This document shows, in pieces, positions 1-11,667 of a stretch of DNA of 64,000 nucleotides (the stretch's first letter is position 1; each line of letters begins with the position of its first letter). Source of the stretch: Batkoa obscura. Lineage: Eukaryota. Location: NCBI GenBank assembly GCA_030770535.1, contig JASVEC010000022.1, forward strand, positions 496,001-560,000, read 5' to 3'. The position numbers and the translations under genes were made by a program. The notes under the pieces are model-generated. The model worked only from the letters and a program-made list of their open reading frames with translations, made no database searches and was not told the origin of the DNA.

Positions 1-1154
1 TTAATTTGATCTCAAATCTACAAAGTACTTATTATTTGTCTTTATTAAATTATTATAAAATATAATATTTATTAATATTTTAGTAGTAATACATAATTAT
101 ATAGTTTTTTAAAGACTCAGTTTTAAAATCTAATTTATATCAAAGAATTTAATTTTTAATATTATTTAACATGATTTTTAAATATCAAATAACGAATTTG
201 TTACTTGTTGATTGTGGCCTATTAACTATATTATTTCATTATGTTATTTTTAGATTGATAACTGTTCTTTAAAAGTATATTTCTAAAATCTTTTTTAAAA
301 TCTTTAATTTTCAAAACAACTATAAGAATAAAATTTCATAAAAAAGAAAAAAAATTGCATAAACAAAGATAACAATACTCAATGAAAAGCATTAACTAGA
401 ACTGTGATGGCTCCTTCTGATTATGTCAATCTCATTGCGTATCAATGAGATTCCCCAGATCTCATATAAAAATCAATTAATGATAATTACAATAAATCAT
501 GATTTTAATAAAGTTATTTATTTTATAGTATCATAAAAGTATCCGCTATTTTAAAAGTATAATTAGTTGAAATATTAATTAGTTCAAATATTAATTTGAA
601 CAATAAATTATTCTTAGATTCTTTATCAAATCTATTTGATATATTGTATCATTCCTTCTAATAACTTTATCAAAAAGTTAGCATCATCTAGCACTGAGGC
701 TAAGGAGTGGCCCTCTCTAACTATTGATGGGCCATATAGATGGTTTTTACCTTAGCCAAGTCTATAACTCCAACGTTTATTACTTTATTGACTATCTCAC
801 TTATTACACTCTCAGCAACAGTAACTATTCAAGCGCTCAACGTTTCAAGCTGGTAACGCTCTAGCTTTTTAGGATTGAAATTGGGCCTATGAAGAGATGA
901 ATAGTATGTTTAAAGTTAAAAGTTAAATAAAAGAAAAATTGTATATTTTTTTAAAGAACACTATCCATTAATGAAAGATGGTTTGAGTGAATTATATATA
1001 TTATTCCGGAAGATTTAGAAAAAGTTTAGAAAATTTGAAATAAACAGAACAGCCCTTGAAGACCAGAGCTAACTTTTGTTATCTTGACTTATTCTATTAA
1101 ACTTAAATTAGAAATAAACATTAATTATTTATTCTCTAATAATAACGCAATTAG

Positions 1155-1323
1155 ATGATTGCAGACGAATGTGAAATAGCAACTGGTAGCATTTTTACAA
1201 GTTAATAGCGATTTTTTTTTAATTTTTTGAGCAGAGAACTCCCAAGTAGTAAACTTAATCAATGATAAAAGGGATTAAAGAAGAGGAGCAGCTAGCTACA
1301 ATGGCAAGGCATCTCTATCCTTA
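1155..1323 (+). mobile_element. Degenerate LTR-retrotransposon (Ty3/Gypsy-like) RNase H relic
   Basis: With several frameshifts it reads MIADECEIATGSI(L)Q...FLSRELPSSKLN...KEEEQLATMARHLY. This parallels the RNase H consensus TDAS..iGAVL.Q...FFSRKL...E.NY...EKELLAIV...RHYL. Confidence 0.4.
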
Positions 1324-2121
1324 AGGTTTTTTTCCAACCTAATTTTAGCAAAATCAAAATCAGTCTTCCATGCAATATACAATTTTATAAGTATAGAGTG
1401 AACCAAAGGGACTGACTTTTCTACTCAAAAAGAAAGGTTCGTATGGATTTTATAGGCGATCCACATAACAGAGAGACTGAAACAAGCTAAAAAAGTAGGA
1501 TAAAAATCCTGTATGTAACTAATTATATTATATATATCAAGCAAAAAGCTACGTAGGCTATAACTAATAACTGAAATACAATGACACTATAGGGTATTAA
1601 GTTAGAGCAGGTGAAAAACGACGTTTGATAGAAACTTCAAGCTTATTACAAAAAGGGTAGTTAGGGTCAACTTCAGATTTGTATAGATGAATAACTATTC
1701 TATTGGAAAAAGCCTGATTAGCAAGTTTCCAGGCTAGCACTAAATGTTTACCACTTAACTATTTAAATTTAAGCCATTTAAGATAAGCAGAAAAAGGGGG
1801 GATGAAGTGGTTTACACAAAATTAAGTACTAATTTTTATTTGACCTTTTCTAATAGCAATATTTTAAAAAATAAAATCTGAACAAAGCATTGATATTAAT
1901 CTATATAAAAAACTCTAGAATATGCAAAAAATATTATAAAGTATTTCAATAACTAATTTTTAATAATAAGTATTAATATAAATACATATACTAACTTTAT
2001 GACTTGTTTAGATCTTTACAAAAAATAAACTACCCAAACTAATTTTTGGTGATTGTGAATAATATTAAACATGACAATAGCTATTAAAAAATATAGCTAT
2101 TTATTAACTTAATAAATTAAT

Positions 2122-2364
2122 TTAATTATAATAAAAATAATAAGTCGACTGTAGTAATTTGTAACATTCTTTTTTGTATTTATCAGATAGATCTCAGCAT
2201 TTTTCATATAGTTTATTACAGATTTTACTACTTCTTCTAATTTCAATCGAGGATTTAAACCCTTCAAATGATTAGGTTTTATTAGTTACTTTGGCTTCTG
2301 AAAGAGTTGCAGCAATCTTAGAAAGAGAGATAATGATAAATGGTACAGTAGCTTGAAATTTTAT
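2122..2364 (-). pseudogene. Pseudogene of the neighbouring defensin-like family (third copy)
   Basis: 81 codons, like the intact paralogs: IKFQATVPFIIISLSKIAATLSEAKVTNKT*SFEG...KICNKLYEKC*DLSDKYKKECYKLLQSTYYFYYN*. It is nearly colinear with MKFQTTLLFAIASLS...KLCNDRCKRC...YKKGECCGLLWLTCCCYYE*. ATG is replaced by ATA and there are two internal stops. Confidence 0.9.
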
Positions 2365-3935
2365 TTTTTACAATTTTAATGATATTTATATATTATATTG
2401 ATAAAAATTTTATACACTAATTTTTTTTATAGGTCGGATTTGAATTGGATATACAATAAACAATTATTTCTATATATCTTTTTATTGGTAAAGGGTTATA
2501 AATAATGATAATAGGTTTATTTCAAAAAAGATCAATGTTCTTGATTTTTTTTATACTTTCAAAGTAATAAAATTTCCATGTAGTTTATTAACAAATAATA
2601 CTGATAAAAACAATAACCAAAAATCAATGCTTTATTGCTTTAATATTCATTAATGATTTGACTATACCTTAAATAAATGTAATCTTTTTTATAATACACT
2701 AATTAATAAAGAAAACTAAACAGTTGTTTTGAATCTTAGTTGAAAATAAGCTAACTATAGTAAACAATAATTATTTTATTATACCTGTGTTTTAGAAAAT
2801 TATATATTACTACTCATTTTATCATAATACTATCAATAAGTAATTGGATTAAATCATTCTATAAAATCATTAATTTATTCTAAACTTCAGTTTGATTTAC
2901 TTTATTTGATTATTTTATGACTATTTCATTTTGTTAATAAATATTGACCAATGATCAAGCGCAAAACCCGATAAATTTAAAAACAGTATAAAAAGTGCTA
3001 TTAACTTTCAAGCGAAAATATAATATTCATAGGTATAGTATTACATTAACTAATCTTTAAGTTAAGAATCATTGATAAACAGCATACCATCACTGTATAA
3101 CAAGTTTATTAAATTGCAATTGTAATATTTAAAGCAAATGTTTTTAATCATTTATTTAATGAAATAATACCCAAAATCGATAGTTCTATTTCAATTTTAG
3201 AAGATCAGAATTAATGAATAATATACTTCCATTTTAAATAAATACATGATTAATTATAATCTCATTTGAATATTTTTAGTAATTAAAATCCGAATTCGTC
3301 ATTTGTTATACTTTTTTGATTTATATCTTCATCTATAATTTTTTATTAGCTTATAAAATAAGTATTTATTTAAGATAATAATTAAACTAGATATTTAATA
3401 AACTTTTATATCAAATATAAATTATCAGTTAGTTTTTTAGATTGTCTTTTTATATCTTTATTTTTTTTAAATCTAGTTTTATTTTAAATAACTTTGATTT
3501 ATTATCAATCAAGTTAATAGCTATATTTACTATTTACAATACAATCGTTATGAAATATAAAATATTTTACGAAAATAGAATCATTAAAAGTGTTCTAACT
3601 AAAATTCTGAAACCAAGAATTAAGTGACGCAACAAAATTAAAAAGTCAAATTTGGTAAAATGAATTTAAGTAATAATTACTAATTACAGAAAAGTGTCAA
3701 CAATCTCGGGTTTTGAATATAATATATTCAAAAAAGGCTAAAAGCTTTTTCATTAATAAATTTTCAGTATTTTTCAGTATTTTTTTCGTGATACTGAAAT
3801 TAATTCAACAACATAATAATGATGTTTCATACTTATAATAATGTATAATAAACTAAGCCTATTAATCAATAAAGGTATGTAAACAAAATAGGTTACTAAA
3901 ATCGAATTATAAAAAACATTAAGTGTCTTCAAAAG

Positions 3936-4178
3936 ATGAAATTTCAATCTGCTTTATTGATTAGCGTTGCTTCTCTCTCCACTGTTATTGCTGCTACTCC
4001 AGAAGCTAAAATTGCAAGTGAAATCCAAGCGTGTGGAGCTGCTGGCTCATGCAAAGGAATTGGTGGTGGGAAATTATGTAATGATCGTTGTAAGAAATGT
4101 TCTGGTCCAACTGGACCTTATAAAAAAGGAGAATGTTGTGGTTGGGGCTGGTTAACTTGTTGTTGTTATTATGAATAA
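3936..4178 (+). CDS. Secreted 10-cysteine CS-alpha-beta defensin/macin-like peptide precursor (copy A)
   Basis: Hydrophobic signal peptide, short pro-segment, CxxxC (CNDRC), GxC gamma-core (GECC...C) and terminal CCC. Intronless. Confidence 0.85.
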   Translation: MKFQSALLISVASLSTVIAATPEAKIASEIQACGAAGSCKGIGGGKLCNDRCKKCSGPTGPYKKGECCGWGWLTCCCYYE

Positions 4179-5796
4179 AGTTGAAAGGTTTAAGTTAATA
4201 AAAGAGGATTATATTGAAAGTATTTTTATTTTTAAATGGTTTCGTTGTAGTACATCTATCACTATAATTTTCATTTAAAGTAATAGGTTTTTTATGGCTA
4301 TATGTTTTACTATACCTTAATAAACACTTACTGTTTATCAATGACATTAAGATTTATAAAAGAATGAATTTTATTAATTAAAATTCCATAACTTTATTAG
4401 CTATGCTTCTATATTTATTAGCTTATATATATTAAAATGCTATTATTTTGATATAAATACAAGATATATAAATAAAGCTTATAATACTTAAACTTTAAAA
4501 TAATTATAAGTGATAAATAAAAACAAAAAATTTAGTAGGTCTTTTAAGCTAATTACTACAGCATATTGGTAAAAAAGTTATGTTAAATCATAATGGAATT
4601 AAACTATATAATACTTGATTTTAATTAGAGAAATATTTTAAAAGCTTTTAATAAAGATACAATAAGATCAACTCAAATGAAGTTAAAAGCCCAATAGAAT
4701 ACAAATAGATTTTTTTGATTCATTCTGAATTTACCAAAGCTTTATAAATTAAGGCTGGGAAAATAGCTCAAGTTGAATGTGAACTAACCTATAATATAAT
4801 ATTAGTACATTTTAAAGCGGAAACTAAATAACTGATGTACAACATTGAATTATTTAAAGCTTAATCTGATATTCCAAAATCATAAAAAAGAGAAGCAAAT
4901 GTTTCAATATGTATGCTCAATGATGTAGTGCTTAAATTCAAATATTGTTTCTTGATTTCGATTTCAAATACAAGAAATATACTTGCACTTTGAAATAGAT
5001 ACAGTACCAATCATAAGGTCATTTCATCATTTATAAGTTTTTCAATACTGAACTGAAACCTTATTCATTTTTAAACCTGTTTAGTTTATATCATTATAAC
5101 TACTGGTTTAAATTTATTACAATATATCTGCTTACTTTTAATAAGTGGTTTATGTATTTTGTTTGGCGAATTTATGTAGAAACTGTCGAATGTAAACTAG
5201 TTTGTTAATTTTTCTTCTTATTTATATGCTTAAAATAAAAACAACTTTATATTGGATACTTCGATCTGTTATTATTTAACTATATAATGATACAAGATAA
5301 ACATGAATACAAACTTTTATCGTTCATGTTTGACAGTTTATTTCATAAATTAACTAATAAGTGTTACAACTCTAAAATGCAATTCTAAGAATTGTGATAT
5401 AACAATTAAAAAAGTCAAGTGAAAAAAAAACGAAATTAGAAAGATAGTTACTAAGTTTAGTAAAGTGCTAAAAAAAATTTTGGGATTTTGATTTAAATAT
5501 CCTCTAAAAAAGGATAAAAACTTTTTTATTAATAAGAGATAGAGGACTAATGTCTATTACCAGTGGTAATGATTGTAAGTCCTTTAAACAGTAAATAGGA
5601 CTACTTTTAATAGGCTAAGAATTCAACCAAAATAGATAGTAATAACTAACAAAAATACTATTTTAATAACTAAATAATTTAATGTTTTAACAATTCAATT
5701 ACGACAGGTTGATAAAAATTACCTCAATACAGATAAAGTATATAAATAAAAGAGAATTAATACTTATTAATCATAAAAACAATATTATAAAAAACA

Positions 5797-6039
5797 ATGA
5801 AATTTCAAACCACTTTATTATTCGCTATTGCTTCCCTTTCCGCCATCCTTGCCGCTGCTCCAGAAGGTAAAATAGCTAATGAGATTCAGGAATGTGGTGC
5901 TGCTGGATCATGTAAAGCACCAGGAGGAGGTAAATTATGTAATGATCGCTGTAAGAGATGCTCAGGTCCATCGGGTAGATACAAGAAAGGTGAATGTTGT
6001 GGTCTTTTATGGTTAACCTGCTGTTGTTATTATGAATAA
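5797..6039 (+). CDS. Secreted 10-cysteine CS-alpha-beta defensin/macin-like peptide precursor (copy B)
   Basis: Same length and identical Cys spacing as 3936..4178, with many synonymous differences. TATAAATA at 5741. Confidence 0.85.
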   Translation: MKFQTTLLFAIASLSAILAAAPEGKIANEIQECGAAGSCKAPGGGKLCNDRCKRCSGPSGRYKKGECCGLLWLTCCCYYE

Positions 6040-6698
6040 ATTCCTTAAGAGCTTATAAATGATAGTATGTATTGGACTTTTTTTATTTTACATGGAAAGT
6101 GGTAGGTTGGGTGCCAATTATTATACCACTAGTTTAATCTGTTGGGTTTTTAGTTAAATCATAGTAAATAAAAATTTATCAGATTAAACATTTATTGCTT
6201 ATAAACCTTAAAGAAATTAATATAAAAGTTTTTATTAGTACTTTGGTGTTTTCAATTATCAGTTTTACTTTTATAATGACAACGTGGCTTTACGTTGAAA
6301 ACTTGAATAAAAGTCAATTTGAAATAAAATTTATACTATTCAAATATCAAAAGCTATGATAGATAAATATATATAAAATAAAGATACATCAAGTACATTA
6401 CTTATACAATTGTTGTAACTAACTATCTATTAATGTTGCATATTGTATAGTTCAACCAATATTTAAGTAAAGGTAGTTTTTAAATAAAAGCTTATAAAGA
6501 TTAGTATATCAATTTAATAGAATAACAAAAAATATCTTAGAAACTAGAAACATATATAAATAATTTAACCATAGTTCTAGAATTTACACATTTCAATTTT
6601 TAATATTTTAATTAAGTATGTCAATCTATTAATTTATAATTTTAAACACTATATAAAAGCTTATCATCAGTCTTACAATATTTTAATGAAAACTGGAT

Positions 6699-8146
6699 TT
6701 AGCCCTTATTAAATACCTTCATATGCTCTTTGAAAGCAGCACAAAGCAAACCAATAGCTCTTCCTTCACTTAACATAACGATATGTTGTGCATTCATGAT
6801 ATAAGCAAAAGAAAACTTATATTCGGGGGAAAATCGAATACAACTACCACCAATCCCACCCCAACCATAGAAGGATACGCTTGAGTACTCTCCAAGTTCC
6901 TTATATCTAAATACCCCCAAAACCTCCTTTAGTCATCTCTGTTTCTCTAAAAATTGCTACATCGGTCGCTTTAATGCCTTCACTTATTGCTTCTTTTATT
7001 TCAGACTCACTTATGAATCTTTTGTAATGTAATATTCCTTCATTAGCAAAGATAGCACCCATGGTACCAAGCTAAACTCAATAGGTTAACCAAAAATTTT
7101 AAAAATACAATGATTTTACCGATTTCGCGTTACTATGGCCATTAAAACTAGGAGATTCAATGGTCCTAAGATCAGTAGCATTAGCAAAAGCTCGATCTTT
7201 TGATACTTTTAAACGAAAGATCTTAGACGAATTTGAATCTTTTTTAATAACACTTTTATCATACTTAACAGCCTTACTCCCAATCATTCGTTCAGGTAAA
7301 AAAAGAGTCAAAATGTCTAAGATAGGATAATTATACCATCTTGCTCTACGATGACTATTTGATTCTTCTAATGCTAGATAAAATTCTATGTTGTACTCTG
7401 GATTGATTTCTTCTTTAAATAATTGTCCAATGCTACGCTCTTTCTTATCAACTGTTTTCACGATTTCATTAAGGATTAAGCCTCTTGTTATACCATGGTA
7501 GCATCGTACTTTCTTACCGTCATATTCGTGTGGTGTATTAGCAATGATAGTTTTAAGCTTATTAGTATCATATACTTCCTCATAAGTTGGCTCCGGATTC
7601 ATCAAAAAAGGTACCCCTCCTTCATGACGTAGCAGATCAGCCAATGTCACTTCACCTTTATTACCATTACCAAATTCAGGCCAATATGTAATTATCTTCT
7701 CATCATAATCAAGTAGTCCTTGGTCTACTAATCTAGCAATAACAGCACTTGTCTATAAAATAGTTATTAAAACAAGCCCGATGTTTTGAAAATAGAACTA
7801 CCATAAATTTTGAAGATGAAAATACTATGTTCAAAGTGGATGAAGTATATGGTATCTTCTTTTCAAAGTCTTGATAACCGCCATAAAGCTCAACTACTGG
7901 TATTTCTTTATTGTATACTACTACTGAAGCTCCAACTTCAAGTCCTCGATCAAAATGATCTTTGAATACTTCTTTTACTTGTTTATAATCGTCCTCACAT
8001 ATACCTTCTATTGGATAGTCTGGTTTACTAAACCCAAAGAACCTATAATATTAAGGAAAGAATTCACTTTCGTTTAATATTTTTTCACTAAAATAAATAA
8101 GAATAACAATCGAAACTACAATTGACTGAAAAATAATTGACAATAT
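6699..8146 (-). pseudogene. Beta-lactamase-fold (class C/EstB-like) serine hydrolase, apparently disrupted
   Basis: Exons 8146-7802, 7752-7120 and 7071-6699. Motifs VFSSSK (SxxK), YWPEF, LLRHEGG, CYHG and GWGG. Lesions: ATA at the putative start, in-frame TAA at 8051-8053, and a +1 frameshift in the G5 run at 6914-6918. Confidence 0.75.
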
Positions 8147-8482
8147 GGTTCTATTGTTTTTTGTATATTAAATCGGTTACTTATATGTATTCATATGCAA
8201 TTTCATGCTACTCACCTTAATTCATTAGCATGGAAGTATACCGTTTATATTATATAAATGAAAAACCTGGGTGTATAAGTAACAAAACTCAAATCGGAAT
8301 TAATAATTATAGAAAACATTGTAAAGTTCATTTAACATTGAGCCAATGTAATATACCAGAATATGTTTATTCATATAATAAAACTATTAGTTAATTTGTT
8401 TAAGATTTAGTAAATTTTTTAATACAAGGTCAAAATTTGAATTAACTAAAGTTCTCGGTTCTTATCTCCCTATATCTTTATA

Positions 8483-8583
8483 CGAGGATGTATTTTCTTG
8501 CCTGAGGGTTTTACTGATAGCTTTTCCACTCAAATAGCGCTTAAAAGATGGAGAAAGTAATGAAACCAAAAAAAACACCCCCA
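8483..8583 (+). mobile_element. ~100-bp MITE family, copy 1 (diverged)
   Basis: cgaggatgtatttt...tcaaatagcgcttaaaagatgg...aaaaaacaccccca; matches seven other copies in the window. Confidence 0.8.
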
Positions 8584-8794
8584 TGTTGTTTAATTTCTTT
8601 CTTTCTTTCTTAAATAAACCAACCATTCCGTACGGATGGGTAGCCTAAAAGAATTGACACCATTAATCTAATACAACAAAAATAGTCATTTCCTTTTTCC
8701 CATCTTTATTTTCTAGAAAATTTACATCGCCTATTTAATTAGAAAATCTTAAAAATAAGAGACCAATGTTTAAGTGTATTAATATCAACATATG

Positions 8795-9126
8795 TAAAGG
8801 AGATTGTTTATAAAGTCTACACCTTAGATCCCTTCAAAACCCTTAGCCAAATACCTCTCAGAGATAAGCTACCGCTATAATCCCTTATTTGTCTGATAAA
8901 TAAAACACTTGTGCTTCAAATCCTCTGAACTCCCAAAAAAGATATTAACATTATGAATTCACGCAGTTTTGTAATTCAGAGATATTCTCACCTTTGTTTT
9001 ACCACAATAATAGTTAACTAAAGCTTTAGGCAAATATGACAATGGATAGTTGTCTAATTTAAATCATGGGATTTAGAATTTTAATAGCATTTTATCCTTG
9101 AATGTGCCCAAATAACAGGTATGTGT
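8795..9126 (-). mobile_element. Possible degenerate retroelement integrase relic
   Basis: The minus strand gives HIPVIWAH...*...CHICLK (HHCC-like), followed further on by FEGI*GVDFINNL (like the PFERIGVDFI.LP integrase core start). Many stops. Confidence 0.3.
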
Positions 9127-10084
9127 AGATAATATATCGATTTTAACATTACTATAATAATGCCAGTTTGATACAAAAAATATTAGCTTTAGTAAATCCT
9201 CTTTCATAAATTTGAAAAAGTATAAATTTGATAGATAGTAACTATTTTAAATTACAATAAAGCTCATCAGTTGCTTGCTTTAAAATCCAATATTAAAGTA
9301 AACTTGATAACTATATAGTCTAAACATGTTGTATATGTGATATATATTTATCTAAAATATATAATGTAATTTTTTATATCACTATTTTGTTCATTTTTAA
9401 AGCAACTTGAAGTTCAAAACAATTGTCAATTAATTTATTAGATAAAAGACGTTCACAAATAGTAAATCTATATAAACTTTACCACTCGATAAGTAATTTA
9501 AAATATTAAAATCTTTCAGAGTTTTTACATAGCATGCTTTACTAAACAATTTAAACAAACCAGTGAGAGTTTAAATGTTAGTAAATGTTAGTAAATGATA
9601 AAAATGTTTACTAAAAAAGCTTGACTTTAGCTTATTCAAGGACAATAATTGATAAGAAAAAACAAATATCTTTATTAGATTTTTAATTTAATTCAATAAT
9701 TAACTACAATGCCTTGAAATATATAATAACATTGAACTTTGTATTGTTCTTAATAAATAATTAACTTAAAAAATATGTTAAAATTAAATGACGCAAATAA
9801 TTATACGGAGTTGAATTTTGGCTTAATATTATTTGTTAAACTGTCAATTTTGGCAAATTAAAATGCACAAACAGCAAGTATAATCCAATCAAAGGGGTAT
9901 TAATGATATCAAAGTTCAATCCGAGAGAAACTGAAACAGTTAAAGATTACAATCGTGAACAAGGTTTACATAACAACTTAAGCTATCAGGCTAGCTTTGA
10001 ATTTATACTATTATTAATTAAATAGCTTTCCAACATTTCACCTTTGACTTTGACCCTACAATATCAATTTTAATAACTAGCAAG

Positions 10085-11128
10085 ATGAGCAACGCAATTG
10101 AAAATAAACAAACTTCAATAAAGGGGAACGGAGCCGCAAATAATAATGCATCTCAAAGTATCACCAACCCAGAAACTACGCACTCTTTAAACTTTGTAAA
10201 TTATTTATTTTTCTTTTTGTTTATATCTAAATTGTTTAGGGTTCTATTTCAGGAAACGCTGGAGAAACTTCAAGTTGGATTTTGGATTTAAATGTGCGTG
10301 TTGTAACTATCCAAGGCAAAGAATTTACTGGGAGAGTGTATACTTACGATACTATTGCAAACATTCTCGTTATAATGGCTGAAAGTAAGGAACCCATAAA
10401 AGAAAATAAGAGCCCAACTGCTGAACGTGATGAGCGTTATAATTTTAAAATTATCAAAATCAATGCCATTAAGTCTATTTCTCCAGTGGATCCTACTGAC
10501 ATACTAATCAATGAAACTAAAGCCCAATCTACTCCTCTGGATCTCTATTTAGAATCTACTGGTATCCAACCCCATTATGTTAATATGAATGCTGTTGTTC
10601 AGCGTCATCATAAAGCTATCTCTGACACGATTGATCTTAATAAGAAAACTAACCGTAATGCTCCAGAAAATGGACAAGAAATTTTTAATGCGCTAAGCAA
10701 AATGTAAGTATTTTTATTACTTTTATTTTTAGTTTAACAAATTATTTTTAGGTTCCCTTGTAAATGGGACAAAAATGACATTGTTGTTCTTGATGAAGTA
10801 GTTATTAAACCACCATATACACCGGATAATTGTTTTTCGATTTCACCAGCTTACGACAAAACTTTGGATCGTATTAAAAGAACGGTAAGAATATGCTTAT
10901 AGATTTGTAATATTTTTATTATTTGTTTATTAGCTTGAAGCTGAAAGAAAGAAACTTAGTGCTAACTTTAAAAGTAATGAAAAGCCACCATCACCATCTA
11001 GAAAATCAACTTCTTCCCCTAAAAAAACAAACTCAAAAAGAAATTCGCCTACACTTAATAAAAAAGAAAATGTGGCTGGGGACACAGGTGTAAATAACAA
11101 TAAAAAAGACCTTAAAAAGAAAGTTTAA
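10085..11128 (+). CDS. LSM12: LSM12-like protein (Lsm + anticodon-binding AD domain)
   Basis: Exons 10085-10195, 10240-10703, 10752-10884 and 10934-11128. Lsm-like VTIQGKEFTGRVYTYD and AD motif [33 protein letters not shown]. Confidence 0.85.
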
Positions 11129-11667
11129 GCTTTTTAAACTCATCGATTAATTATTGCTGTGCTGCCGTCTCTGAGTGTGTCCTCTTCCCTTGGAGCGCTC
11201 TCATGATAGCTTATAAAAATAAAATTAAAAAGATATTGAACTTTAAATTATCTTTTCTATTGCTTAGGATAATTTAGTGATGAAAAATATTAGTTGTGTA
11301 AATATTCTACTACTTTAAAGAATATTAATTTTGAATTTTAAGTTATTCATCTAAAGATTAATAATTTATAATTAAATCTTGTCAAATTAAAAACAACTTT
11401 ATATAATCCCACTCACTACTATCATAAAAAAAAGTTTAAAAAATTTACTAACATTTTTAATGTTTATTTAGTTTCAATAATAGACTTCGCTACTACTACT
11501 TGTTAGAAAAATTTGATTAGATGAAATATAAAATATCAAGTTGCATAATATGCTTTACTTTTATTTTATTTTTGAGATCATTTCTTGTTAGTTAAAAAAA
11601 ACCTATAAAAGGTAATACCAAAGGAAATATAAAAGTTATAGTAAATCAAAATAGTGATGCTAATACC

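Noticed and set aside
428..452. 10-bp-stem hairpin aatctcattg-cgtat-caatgagatt
   Set aside because: A short AT-rich stem is expected by chance in 64 kb, and it has no supporting context.
590..900. Minus-strand coding-like stretch (LHRPNFNPKKLERYQLETL...), possibly a fungal transcription-factor pseudogene
   Set aside because: Multiple stops and only one weak motif; it cannot be assigned without a search.
3442..3627. Short AT-rich ORFs (also 22337, 45079/45086, 49484, 51779, 51951, 60544)
   Set aside because: Low-complexity F/I/L/K translations typical of random AT-rich DNA, or overlaps with real genes.
11161..11210. SECIS element on the minus strand (AUGA...AA...GA)
   Set aside because: The AA is only ~8 nt from the quartet, the helix has A-C mismatches on that strand, and no in-frame UGA selenoprotein lies upstream.
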